From Actinomycetota bacterium (lineage in GTDB: Bacteria > Actinomycetota > Thermoleophilia > Gaiellales > Gaiellaceae), in NCBI GenBank assembly GCA_013696595.1, contig JACCYG010000056.1, positions 1 to 30,664 of the forward strand: 30,664 nt of DNA, read 5' to 3'. The position numbers and the translations under genes were made by a program. Positions 15,518 through 24,328 of the stretch are shown one piece after another (position 1 is the first letter of the stretch; each line of letters starts with the position of its first letter). The notes under the pieces were generated by a model. The model worked only from the letters and a program-made list of their open reading frames with translations. It had not been told where the DNA came from and ran no database searches.

Positions 15518-16227
15518 GCCGCCCACGCGTCCTCTTTCTCCATGCGTTTCCGCTCGACTGTCGCATGTGGTCGTCGCAGCGGGAGGCGGTCGAGGCGGCC
15601 GGCCACGCGGTCTCGCTCCCCGACCTGCCCGGACCGGAGGCCGAGCCGACCGTGGCCGCGTGGGCTGACCGGGCGCTCCGGCTCTCCGAAGACCCGCTCG
15701 CCGTGGTGGGTATCTCGATGGGCGGTTATGTCGCGTTCGAGCTCTGGCGGCGCGCGCCCGACCGCATCGCGGCCCTCGTCCTCTGTAACACGCGCGCGGG
15801 AGCCGACACCGACGAGGGGCGGCAGGCTCGGAACGACAACCTCCGGCTGCTCCACGAAGACGGCGTGCCGGCCCTTTGGGAACGAATGGAGCCGAAGCTG
15901 TTCTCGCGGAACGCGCCGCGGGACGTGGTCTCAGACGCGCGGGAGATCGCCCTCGAGCAGGGCACGACGCGCCTTGCCGCCGCGCTCGCGGCGATGCGCG
16001 ACCGGCCGGACTCGACCGAGCTCCTTCCAGAGATCGACGTCCCGGCGCTCATAGTCGTTGGCGACGAGGACGAGGTGATCCCGGCCAGCGAGTCGGAGGC
16101 GATGGCGCAGGCGCTCCCGCGCGCGCGGCTCGAGCGGATCTCCGGCGTCGGCCATCTCGCGCCGCTCGAGCGCCCGGACGAGTTCAACCGCCTCCTGGTG
16201 TCGTTCCTGGGGGAAGTGGACGGGTGA
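15514..16227 (+). CDS. Alpha/beta fold hydrolase (PcaD/enol-lactonase-like)
   Basis: FLHAFP oxyanion region, GISMGG nucleophile elbow, VGDEDEVIP acid, GHLAPLE catalytic His. Confidence 0.92.
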   Translation: MSRPRVLFLHAFPLDCRMWSSQREAVEAAGHAVSLPDLPGPEAEPTVAAWADRALRLSEDPLAVVGISMGGYVAFELWRRAPDRIAALVLCNTRAGADTDEGRQARNDNLRLLHEDGVPALWERMEPKLFSRNAPRDVVSDAREIALEQGTTRLAAALAAMRDRPDSTELLPEIDVPALIVVGDEDEVIPASESEAMAQALPRARLERISGVGHLAPLERPDEFNRLLVSFLGEVDG

Positions 16228-16586
16228 CCGGCGAGGAACTCGCCGGCCGGATCGAGCAAGGCACCGTGACCGTCCTCGACGTCCGCTCGCGTGACGAGTT
16301 CTCCGGGGAGGCCGGCTATCCGTGCGATCCGCGTCAGGGGCACATCCCGGGTGCGGCCCACCTGGAGTGGTCGGACCTGTATGCCGGCGAGGGCCGTCCG
16401 CACGCGGCCGGGACGATTCGCCGCCTCCTCGCGGAGCGGGGGATCGACGCCGAGCGGCCGATCGTCGCCTACTGCCACTCTGGCCAGCGGTCGGAGTTCG
16501 CCGTCGTCGCGCTTCGCTCCGCCGGCCTCGAGGCGGAGAACTACGAAGGCTCCTGGCACGAGTGGTCGCGCCGGGACGAGAGCTAG
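16224..16586 (+). CDS. Single-domain rhodanese/sulfurtransferase (120 aa)
   Basis: LDVRS..EF.G, GHIPGA, YCHSGQRS active loop, YEGSWHEW signature. GTGA overlap with the hydrolase. Confidence 0.9.
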   Translation: MTGEELAGRIEQGTVTVLDVRSRDEFSGEAGYPCDPRQGHIPGAAHLEWSDLYAGEGRPHAAGTIRRLLAERGIDAERPIVAYCHSGQRSEFAVVALRSAGLEAENYEGSWHEWSRRDES

Positions 16587-16969
16587 CGGTCCCTCCCAGG
16601 AACGAGCACTACGTGCACCTCGCCGGGCCCGTGCACGCCGATCGTCAGCGTCTGCTCGATGTCCGCGCTTCGGCTCGGGCCGCTCACGATCGCGAGGGAG
16701 CTCGGCAGCTCGCCGCCGAGCGCGGCGAAGAGCTCGTCGAGACCGGGGACGATCCGGTCCTCGCGCAGGAGCGAGATGTGGCGCTCGGGGAGGAGTGACC
16801 GGGAGCGCGGCTCCTCCGGCGATGCTCCGATCACGACGCTCCCCGTGTCGGCAAGGCCATAGAGCGCCTCCGACGTCTCTGCGCCCTCGAGCTCGGGCGC
16901 GGCACCGTGGTGCACCTCGAAGCCGGCGATCTCGGCGTTCCGGACGAATGTCTCCGTGAGCTGCGTCAC
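16583..16969 (-). CDS. lutC: LutC/YkgG (LUD domain) protein, short form (128 aa)
   Basis: GLADTGSVV, RSRSLLPERHI, IVSGPSRSADIEQTLTIGVHGPGEVHVVL. GTGA overlap with the lutB stop. Confidence 0.88.
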   Translation of the reverse strand: MTQLTETFVRNAEIAGFEVHHGAAPELEGAETSEALYGLADTGSVVIGASPEEPRSRSLLPERHISLLREDRIVPGLDELFAALGGELPSSLAIVSGPSRSADIEQTLTIGVHGPGEVHVVLVPGRDR

Positions 16970-18345
16970 CGGTCGCGAAACCTGCGGCTGACGAGTGACG
17001 GCAGCTCGCGACCTGCGGCCCACGTTCGTCCGGGCCCGACCAGGCCGCCGAAGCGTTGCCCGAGCCGCGCCGCCCGCGTCGAGACCCGGTAGGCCCACGG
17101 CCGTGACCAGGCGGCCGACCAGGCCCAGAACGCGAGCCGCTCGCGCAGCGGCGCGACGCCCTCGGCCACGAGGTCGCGACGCAGCTCGAGGAGCAGCTCG
17201 TGGAGCGGGATCTTCACCGGGCAGGCCGCCGTGCACGCGCCGCAGAGGGATGACGCGTGCGGGTGATCGGGTGCGCGCTCGAGCCCGACGAGGAGCGGGA
17301 CGAGCACGGCGCCCATGGGGCCCGAGTACACAGGGCCGTACGCCCCGCCACCCGTCTTTCGGTACACCGGACAGACGTTCAGGCAGGCGCCGCAGCGGAT
17401 GCAGTTCAGCATCTCGCGGTAGCGTCCGCCGAGGAGTTGGGAGCGTCCGTTGTCCAGGATGACAACGTGAAGCTCTTCCGGCCCGTCGGTCTCGCCGGCC
17501 CGACGCGGTCCGGTGACGAGCGTCGTGTAGCTCGAAAGTCTCTGCCCGGTCGCGCTCCGCGCAAGCAGCTTGAGCAGAACGGCGAGCTCGGCAAGTGTCG
17601 GGACGACGCGCTCCATTCCCATCAGCGCGATGTGGACCCGCGGAAGCGAGGTGGCCATGCGCCCGTTTCCCTCGTTCGTCACGAGGCAGATCGAGCCGGT
17701 CTCCGCGACGCCGAAGTTTGCGCCCGTGATGCCGACGTCCGCGGTCAGGAAGACGTTGCGGAGCTGGAGACGAGCGGTGCGCTGGAGCTCGACCAGATCG
17801 CTCGAGACCTTGCGACCTTCCACTGCGGAGAAGAGCTCCGCGACCTCGCCTGCGGTCTTCTCGAGCGCGGGTGCGATGATGTGCTTCGGGTGCTCGCCGG
17901 CGAGCTGGATGATGTACTCGCCGAGATCTCCCTCGACCGCTTTCACGCCGATCTCGGCGAGCGCGTCGTTCAGCTTGATCTCCTCGCTCGCCATCGACTT
18001 CGACTTGACCGCGAGCTTCGCGTTCGCGCGGCGGCAGATGCCGACGACGACGTCGCGGGCCTCCTCGGGGGTCGTGCAACGGTGGACGTGGCCGCCGCGG
18101 CTCTCGAGCGTGCGCGTGAAGTCTGCGAGATGCCGCTCGAGGTCGTCGATCGTCCGCGTCCTGATGTCTCGCGCCCGCTCGCGCAGCTCCTCGACGTCCT
18201 CGAGCTCGGCCCAGGCCTTCTCACGCGCGGTGTAGAAGCGGCCCGTCGCCGTGTCGATCGCTCCCTGAACACGCGTGTCGGCGAGCTTCTCGGCCGCGAC
18301 CGCTCGGAAGCGCCCGCGTGCTTGCGAGAGACCGGTGCCGCTCAA
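16966..18345 (-). CDS. lutB: LutB/LldF L-lactate utilisation Fe-S protein
   Basis: VKSKSMASEEI, DLGEYIIQLAGEHPKHIIAPA, GITGANF, VTNEGNGR, CIRCGACLNVCP, YSGPMG, SSLCGACTAACPVKIPL. TTG start at 18345 overlaps the upstream TGA. Confidence 0.95.
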   Translation of the reverse strand: MSGTGLSQARGRFRAVAAEKLADTRVQGAIDTATGRFYTAREKAWAELEDVEELRERARDIRTRTIDDLERHLADFTRTLESRGGHVHRCTTPEEARDVVVGICRRANAKLAVKSKSMASEEIKLNDALAEIGVKAVEGDLGEYIIQLAGEHPKHIIAPALEKTAGEVAELFSAVEGRKVSSDLVELQRTARLQLRNVFLTADVGITGANFGVAETGSICLVTNEGNGRMATSLPRVHIALMGMERVVPTLAELAVLLKLLARSATGQRLSSYTTLVTGPRRAGETDGPEELHVVILDNGRSQLLGGRYREMLNCIRCGACLNVCPVYRKTGGGAYGPVYSGPMGAVLVPLLVGLERAPDHPHASSLCGACTAACPVKIPLHELLLELRRDLVAEGVAPLRERLAFWAWSAAWSRPWAYRVSTRAARLGQRFGGLVGPGRTWAAGRELPSLVSRRFRDR

Positions 18346-19079
18346 GCGCGGGCGCGCTGGGGCGCGACTCCCGCGCGCTCGCCCGCGACGACCAGGAAGC
18401 GGTCGATCAGCGTGCGCCCGAACTCGTTCCAGCGCTCGATCTCGTCGTCGAGTCGCCGTCGTTCGCGCTCCGGGTCGAGCCCGATCCGGATTGCGTCCGG
18501 ATCCTTCCCGTAGTGCGAGATCCAGTCGGCGGCGATCTGCTTCGAGACCTCCGCGTGGAACTGGATCCCCCAGCACGTCTCTCGGATCCGGTAGGCCTGG
18601 AGGCAGACCGGGCTGCGGGCGAGCAGAACGGCGTCGGGTGGGTGGTCGAACTGGTAGCTGTGCCAGTGAAAGGCGTCGAAGCGGTCCGGCGTGCCCGAAA
18701 ACAGTGCGTCGTCGCGCGCTTCGTCCGTCGTCTCGACCTCGTACCAGCCGATCTCCGGCCGCTGCGCCCGGCTCACCTCCGCACCGGCGGCCGAGGCGAG
18801 GAGTTGGGCTCCCAGGCAGACGCCGAGGACCGGCACCTCGTTCTCGAGGAGACACTCCAGCGCCCGCGTCTCCACACCGAGCCAGGGATGACCGTCGACC
18901 TCGTGGACGTTCATCACTCCGCCGAAGACCATGACGGCGTCGTACGTCTCGGGTGCCTCAGGCGGGGGCTCGCCGAACGCGTAGCTTCGCTCGACGAGCT
19001 CGTGGCCGGCCTCTCGCACGACGTCGCCGAAGATTCCCGATCGGGCGTTCGCACCGTGGATGATCGAGAGGACGCGCAC
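18342..19079 (-). CDS. Type 1 glutamine amidotransferase (GuaA-GAT-like subfamily)
   Basis: VFGGVMNV, PVLGVCLGAQLLA (nucleophile Cys), EIGWYEV, FHWHSYQF, WGIQFHAEV (His-x-Glu). Confidence 0.92.
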   Translation of the reverse strand: MRVLSIIHGANARSGIFGDVVREAGHELVERSYAFGEPPPEAPETYDAVMVFGGVMNVHEVDGHPWLGVETRALECLLENEVPVLGVCLGAQLLASAAGAEVSRAQRPEIGWYEVETTDEARDDALFSGTPDRFDAFHWHSYQFDHPPDAVLLARSPVCLQAYRIRETCWGIQFHAEVSKQIAADWISHYGKDPDAIRIGLDPERERRRLDDEIERWNEFGRTLIDRFLVVAGERAGVAPQRARA

Positions 19080-19090
19080 GTGTTTCCAGC

Positions 19091-19990
19091 TTAGAGGCTT
19101 GTCGCGCGCGCGCGGAGCGCCTGTTGGAGGTCGCGCGCACCCGGGCCCGGCGCGCCGTCGCCGACCGCGGCGCCGTCGAGCTCGACGACCGGCATGACCT
19201 CACGCACGGACGAGGAGGTGAACGACTCCTCGGCCTCCGCGAAGTGCTCGAGCGGGAGCGCACCTTCTCGCACCTCGTACCCGGCCGCCGCCGCCTCCTC
19301 GATCAGCGTCGCGCGCGTCACGCCTGCGAGGATCCCGAGCTCGAGCGCGGGCGTGTAGAGGATCCGCTCCCGCCGCCACCAGATGTTCGTCACGGGCCCT
19401 TCGAGGACGATTCCGCCGCTCGCGAGAAAAACCGCGTCGTCGGCGCCGCGCCGGCGCGCCTCCGCCTCCGCCGCCATGTTCACCGCGTAGCTCGTGGACT
19501 TGACGCCGCCGAGGAGCCAAGGTGCGAGCGCGCGCAGATCGGCCTCGAGACCGAGCGGGAGCGAGATCAGCTTGAGCCCGTGCGCCCGAAGCTCCTCGAG
19601 CCCCGGCGGCAAGGCGGAGACGAGCGCAAGCACGGTGGCGCGATCCTCCCCCTCGCGGCCGGCCGTCCAGTAGATGCGAAGCATCGCGTCGTCGACGCCG
19701 GCCTCTTCGAGCGCGGTGTGCGCGAGTACCGCGCATTCGGAGGTGTCGACTGCGGGCAAGCCGATGCGCGCTGCCGACCCGGCGAGACGTGCGAGATGCT
19801 CGTCGAGCTTGAACGGCCGTCCGCCGTACACGCGCGTGGTCTCGAACGCCGCCCGGCCGCGTAGGAGCGCCTCGTCGTCCGCGTGAAGGACCGGCTTGTC
19901 CGGCGACACGATTCCGCGTCCGCCGACCGCGACGGCGAGAAGCCGAGCGCTGCCGCGCTGGAGCGCCGCGTGTGGCGGGCCCGTCGTCAC
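19091..19990 (-). CDS. Class IV PLP aminotransferase, 4-amino-4-deoxychorismate lyase (PabC)-like
   Basis: D.ALLRGRAAFETTRVYGG.PFKLDEHLARL..SA, GVKSTSYAVN, VLEGPVTNI, LGILAGVTR, SFTSSSVREVMPV. GTGA overlap with the pabB-like gene. Confidence 0.88.
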   Translation of the reverse strand: MTTGPPHAALQRGSARLLAVAVGGRGIVSPDKPVLHADDEALLRGRAAFETTRVYGGRPFKLDEHLARLAGSAARIGLPAVDTSECAVLAHTALEEAGVDDAMLRIYWTAGREGEDRATVLALVSALPPGLEELRAHGLKLISLPLGLEADLRALAPWLLGGVKSTSYAVNMAAEAEARRRGADDAVFLASGGIVLEGPVTNIWWRRERILYTPALELGILAGVTRATLIEEAAAAGYEVREGALPLEHFAEAEESFTSSSVREVMPVVELDGAAVGDGAPGPGARDLQQALRARATSL

Positions 19991-21042
19991 GCGCGAACCG
20001 GCTCTCGAACGGGCGACCCGATCGCGGCGAGCAACGGCCGCGCCTTCACCCAGGACTCCTCGATCTCCTCGTGCGGGTCGGAGTCCCAGACGATGCCGCC
20101 GCCGACCCAGAGGTGAATCTGCCCGCCGGCGACTGCGAAGGTCCGGATCGTGAGCGCGAGGTCGAAGTCGCCGTTCGGATAGATCCGTCCGAGCGCGCCC
20201 ATGGCTGCGCCGCGGCCCACCGGCTCGAGGGCGGCGATGTGGTCGATCGCGGAGATCTTGGGCGCGCCCGTGATCGAGCCGCCCGGAAAGGTCGCCTCCA
20301 GAATCTCGGCGAGCGAAACGTCTGCGCGGAGACGGCCCTCGACGGTGGACACGAGATGGGTCACGCCGGCCAGCTCGCGCTCGGCCATGAGCTCCGGCCA
20401 GCGCACCGTCCCCGGTTCGCACACGCGCGAGAGATCGTTCCGCTCGAGGTCGACGATCATGACGTGCTCCGCCTGGTCTTTCTGGGACTCACGGAGGTCG
20501 TCCGTAGACCCGGCCGGCCTCGTGCCCTTGACCGGCATCGTCGAGATCCGACGTCCGCGCCGCGACAGGAAGAGCTCCGGCGAGGCCGAGACGATCGCCC
20601 AGCCATCGCCCTCGAGCGGTGTGCCGTGAATCGGGCGCAACGGCGCGAGCCGCTCCGCGAGCGCGCCTGGGTCGCCTCGAAACGGGGCGGATAAATGCTG
20701 CACGAGGTTGACCTGGTAGACGTCGCCGCGGCCGATCGCCGCTTTGACGGCTTCTACCGCCCTGACGTAATCCTCCCCGCGCCAGGTCGCCGCCCAGGCG
20801 CCGATCGAGAACCCGGCGGCGGGACGTGGCGCCTCGGGCGCACGAATACGGCAGGCTGCTGCCGGAAGCGCGCAGGGCTCGTGCGGAGCCGGAAGCGAAA
20901 GGCGCCGGAGCGCGTCCGAACAGCGGTAGCCGAAATACACGTCTGCGCAGACATCCGCGGCGTCCCCGCCGAAGAACCCGGCGTTGCGAAGGTGCGCTTC
21001 GACGGCGTCGAACGCGTTATCGCCGTTCCAGACCTCGAGCAC
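19987..21042 (-). CDS. pabB: Chorismate-binding enzyme, aminodeoxychorismate synthase component I (PabB)-like
   Basis: GDVYQVNL, SASPELF, TMPVKGTR (Lys as in PabB PIKGT, not TrpE PIAGT), AEHVMIVDLERNDL, TFPGGSITGAPK, ALTIRT, VGGGIVWDSDP..E.EE. Confidence 0.82.
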   Translation of the reverse strand: MLEVWNGDNAFDAVEAHLRNAGFFGGDAADVCADVYFGYRCSDALRRLSLPAPHEPCALPAAACRIRAPEAPRPAAGFSIGAWAATWRGEDYVRAVEAVKAAIGRGDVYQVNLVQHLSAPFRGDPGALAERLAPLRPIHGTPLEGDGWAIVSASPELFLSRRGRRISTMPVKGTRPAGSTDDLRESQKDQAEHVMIVDLERNDLSRVCEPGTVRWPELMAERELAGVTHLVSTVEGRLRADVSLAEILEATFPGGSITGAPKISAIDHIAALEPVGRGAAMGALGRIYPNGDFDLALTIRTFAVAGGQIHLWVGGGIVWDSDPHEEIEESWVKARPLLAAIGSPVREPVRA

Positions 21043-21094
21043 GCCCCTACGCTAGCTTCGGATCGCAGTCCTGGCGTGCTCGTAGAATCGACGC

Positions 21095-21913
21095 GTGGAC
21101 GGGAGGCCGATCGGGATCTTCGACTCGGGCGCGGGCGGGCTCACGGTTCTCCACGAATGCATCGTCACGATGCCGCACGAAGACTTCGTGTACCTGGGCG
21201 ACGGTGCGCGCTGTCCCTACGGACCGCGGCCGGCCGGCGAGATCCAGCGGTTTGCCCTCGAGGTCGCCTCGCACCTGGAACGCGGGGGTGTGAAGCTGAT
21301 CGTCGCCGCCTGCAACTCCGCGACGGCGGCTGCCCTGCCGCTCCTCCAGGAGAAGCTCGCCGTCCCGGTCGTCGGTGTTCTGACGCCGGAGGCCCACGCG
21401 GCTGTCCAGGCCACACGAAACCGGCGCATCGGCGTCCTCGCGACCGAGGCGACCGTGGAGAGCGGGCGGTACGCGAACGCCGTTCAGACACTCGACGCGG
21501 GCGCGGCCGTCGTCTCCGTCGCCTGCCCGAAGCTCGTCCCGATGATCGAGTCGGGCACGGTCGACGGCGCGCTCCATGCGGCCGTGCGCGAGTACGCGGC
21601 GCCGCTCAAGGAAGTGGCAGTCGACACGGTAATCCTCGGCTGCACGCACTATCCACTCATCCGCCCCGTCTTCGAGCGCGTCTTCGGGCGCCGAACGACG
21701 CTGATCTTCTCGGCCGAGGAAACGGCGCGCGAGGTTGCTGAGACGCTCGAGCGCAAAGGAATCGAGAACGAGCGCAGCCGAGAGGGCGCGACGACCTTTT
21801 TCACCACGGGATCGCCGGAAGAGTTCCGGGCGCTCGGCGAGCGTTTCCTACAACTCCCGATCGGGTCGGTCGAGCGCGTGGGAATCCGCGAGCTCGAGCT
21901 CGAGGCAGCGTGA
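21095..21913 (+). CDS. murI: Glutamate racemase
   Basis: [50 protein letters not shown]. Confidence 0.97.
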   Translation: MDGRPIGIFDSGAGGLTVLHECIVTMPHEDFVYLGDGARCPYGPRPAGEIQRFALEVASHLERGGVKLIVAACNSATAAALPLLQEKLAVPVVGVLTPEAHAAVQATRNRRIGVLATEATVESGRYANAVQTLDAGAAVVSVACPKLVPMIESGTVDGALHAAVREYAAPLKEVAVDTVILGCTHYPLIRPVFERVFGRRTTLIFSAEETAREVAETLERKGIENERSREGATTFFTTGSPEEFRALGERFLQLPIGSVERVGIRELELEAA

Positions 21914-22611
21914 CCCGGCAAGGGCGCCGTCCCGACGAGCTTCGGCCGATCGACATCGCCACCGATTTCGTCGAGCAGGCGCACGGCTCCGCCCTCATCT
22001 CGGTCGGGAAGACGAAGGTCCTCTGCACGGCAACGATCGAGGAAGGAGTGCCGCGCTGGCTCGAGGGTCGTGGTCAGGGGTGGCTTACGGCCGAATACGG
22101 AATGCTGCCCGCCTCGACGGGCGAGCGAATGCGTCGCGAGGCCCGCGACGGGAAGCAGGGTGGCCGCACCGTCGAGATCCAGCGGCTCGTCGGTCGCTCG
22201 CTCCGCGCGGCGTACGACACGAAGTCCCTCGGCGAACGGACGGTCTGGCTCGACTGCGACGTTCTGCAGGCCGACGGCGGCACGCGTACGGCTGCGATCA
22301 CGGGCGCGTGGGTCGCGCTCGCGCGGGCGGCCGAGCGGCGTGGTGTTCCGCCGCCGGACGCCCAGGTTGCGGCGGTCTCACTCGGCATCGTCGGCGGTGA
22401 GGCCCTGCTGGACCTCGACTACGAGGAAGACTCCTCGGCGGACGTCGACATGAACGTCGTCATGACCGGGTCGGGCGAGCTCGTGGAAGTCCAGGCGACC
22501 GCGGAAGGCAGGCCTCTGACGCGGTCGCTCCTGAACGACCTCGTCGATCTCGCGGAGAGAGGAATCGAGGAGATCACGGAGCACCAGCGCAATGCGCTCG
22601 TTCAGCCCTGA
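21910..22611 (+). CDS. rph: Ribonuclease PH
   Basis: [78 protein letters not shown]. Confidence 0.97.
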   Translation: MTRQGRRPDELRPIDIATDFVEQAHGSALISVGKTKVLCTATIEEGVPRWLEGRGQGWLTAEYGMLPASTGERMRREARDGKQGGRTVEIQRLVGRSLRAAYDTKSLGERTVWLDCDVLQADGGTRTAAITGAWVALARAAERRGVPPPDAQVAAVSLGIVGGEALLDLDYEEDSSADVDMNVVMTGSGELVEVQATAEGRPLTRSLLNDLVDLAERGIEEITEHQRNALVQP

Positions 22612-23284
22612 CATCACATGGCTCGAGATCACGTTCCGCCTCGCGGCGGCCGCCGGCCTCACGGGGCTCATCGGGCTCGAACGGGAGCTCCGCGAGCGGA
22701 CGGCGGGACTGCGAACGCACATGCTCGTGGGCGTCGGGTCCGCCCTCTTCACGATCGTGTCTGCCTACGCGTGGAGCGACTTCGTCTTTAGCCGGGAGGG
22801 CGGAACGGTGCTCGATCCCACGCGGATCGCGGCTCAGATCGTCACCGGTATCGGCTTCCTGGGAGCGGGCGCGATCATCAGACAGGGCCTTTCCATCCGT
22901 GGCCTCACGACTGCAGCCGGCTTGTGGGTCGTCGCGGCAATCGGGATGGCGGCCGGAGCCGGCTTCTATTCGGGCGCGCTGATCGCGACCGCCATCGTTC
23001 TCGTCGGCCTCGGGCCGCTTCGGTGGCTCGAGTACGGGCTCCTCGACCGGCTTCGGAAGGAAGCCCAGGTCCTCGAGGTCGACCTGCGGCCCGAGCAGCC
23101 GCTTGCGCCCCTCCTCGCCATCCTTGAGCGCCGAGAGGCAAAGGTCAACCGTATCGAGCTGGACGAAGAGGAGGACCGCCGCCAGGTGCGGGTCGAGGTC
23201 GATCTCGGGGGCGCCGGCGGACGAGAGGTCGTCGACGAGCTCTCGCACCTGGATGAGGTGATCTCCGTCCGCTGGACGCCGTGA
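22592..23284 (+). CDS. MgtC/SapB family membrane protein with a C-terminal ACT-like domain
   Basis: [63 protein letters not shown]. Confidence 0.92.
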   Translation: MRSFSPDITWLEITFRLAAAAGLTGLIGLERELRERTAGLRTHMLVGVGSALFTIVSAYAWSDFVFSREGGTVLDPTRIAAQIVTGIGFLGAGAIIRQGLSIRGLTTAAGLWVVAAIGMAAGAGFYSGALIATAIVLVGLGPLRWLEYGLLDRLRKEAQVLEVDLRPEQPLAPLLAILERREAKVNRIELDEEEDRRQVRVEVDLGGAGGREVVDELSHLDEVISVRWTP

Positions 23285-23871
23285 GGGCCGTTCTCGTTTC
23301 CCGAAATGAGGACAAGGTCCGCGAGCTTCGCGCCATCCTCGCCGGTTGGGAGATCGAGCCGATCGGCGCACTCGAGCTACCCGAGGAAACCGGCGCGACC
23401 TTTCACGAGAACGCCCGGGCCAAGGCGCGCTTCGGGCGCTCGGCGGTTGATCCGGAAGCGTGGGTTCTGGGCGAGGACTCCGGCCTCGAGGTCGAGGCAC
23501 TCGACGGGCGCCCGGGGATCTACTCCGCGCGCTACGGCGGCCTGGGCGCGACGAACGAGGCAAACGTCGCGAAGCTCCTGAGGGAGCTCGAGACCGTCGC
23601 GGAGACGGCCCGTGCTGCCCGCTATGTCTGCGAGCTCGTCGCGCTCTCGCCCCGCGGCGACGAGACACGCGCGCGCGGGACGCTCACCGGGCGCATCGCG
23701 GGAGAGCCCCGTGGCACAGGCGGCTTCGGCTACGACCCGGTTTTCGTCCCGGAGGGGTCCCGCCAGACGGTCGCCGAGCTCGGCGCCGAGTGGAAGGTGG
23801 AGCACAGCCACCGGGCACGCGCTGCCCATTCTCTCGCCGAGGCGCTGCGAACCGCGCGGCCTCCGTTGTAG
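23281..23871 (+). CDS. rdgB: Non-canonical purine NTP pyrophosphatase (RdgB/HAM1)
   Basis: SRNEDKVRE, ETGATFHENARAKA, GEDSGLEVEALDGRPGIYSARY, GFGYDPVF, SHRARA. Confidence 0.95.
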   Translation: MRAVLVSRNEDKVRELRAILAGWEIEPIGALELPEETGATFHENARAKARFGRSAVDPEAWVLGEDSGLEVEALDGRPGIYSARYGGLGATNEANVAKLLRELETVAETARAARYVCELVALSPRGDETRARGTLTGRIAGEPRGTGGFGYDPVFVPEGSRQTVAELGAEWKVEHSHRARAAHSLAEALRTARPPL

Positions 23872-23881
23872 GCTTCGCGTC

Positions 23882-24328
23882 GTGGCGCTCTTCTCGCACG
23901 ACACCAAGGCGGAGGCGCTGGGGCGCGCGCCGCTTTTCGAAGCCCTCTCGAACGAGGAGTTGAAAGGGCTTGCGAAGCTCACGGAGGATCTCGAGGTCGA
24001 AGAGGGTAAGGTGCTCTGCCGCGAGGGCGAGACGGCACGCGAGTTCTTCGTCATCGTCGACGGCGAGGTCGAGGTCACGAAGGACGGCGAGCGCATCTCG
24101 GCGCTCTCGGACGGCGACTTCTTAGGCGAGATCGCGTTGATCGAGGACATTCCGCGTACCGCGACGGTGACGGCCACGACGCCCCTTCGGTTTTTCGTCC
24201 TGACGCGCCAGTCCTTCTGGAGCCTCATCGATCACCAGCCGGAGGTCGAGCGGAAGGTGCTGCGCGCGCTTGCGAAGCGCGTCCTCGCGAACTCGGACGA
24301 CGTAACGGTCCGGCCCGAGAGCCGTTAG
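23882..24328 (+). CDS. Stand-alone cyclic-nucleotide-binding domain protein (148 aa)
   Basis: PLFEALS..EL..LA, G.VLCREGE....FFVIVDGEVEV, GDFLGEIALIEDIPRTATVTA phosphate-binding cassette. No HTH. GTG lies 7 nt after TAGGCT. Confidence 0.88.
   Translation: MALFSHDTKAEALGRAPLFEALSNEELKGLAKLTEDLEVEEGKVLCREGETAREFFVIVDGEVEVTKDGERISALSDGDFLGEIALIEDIPRTATVTATTPLRFFVLTRQSFWSLIDHQPEVERKVLRALAKRVLANSDDVTVRPESR

Noticed and set aside
1174-18513. Other long overlapping ORFs (1174..1914, 2620..3612, 4522..5439, 10820..12280, 12343..13305, 13563..14882, 14597..15526, 17257..18513 and similar)
   Set aside because: Each lies antisense or out of frame to a gene with clear family motifs and has low-complexity R/A/P/G composition.
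21043-21051. GTAGGGGCG on the minus strand, matching the REP head
   Set aside because: No hairpin follows. It is the spacer between TAGCGT and the pabB start.
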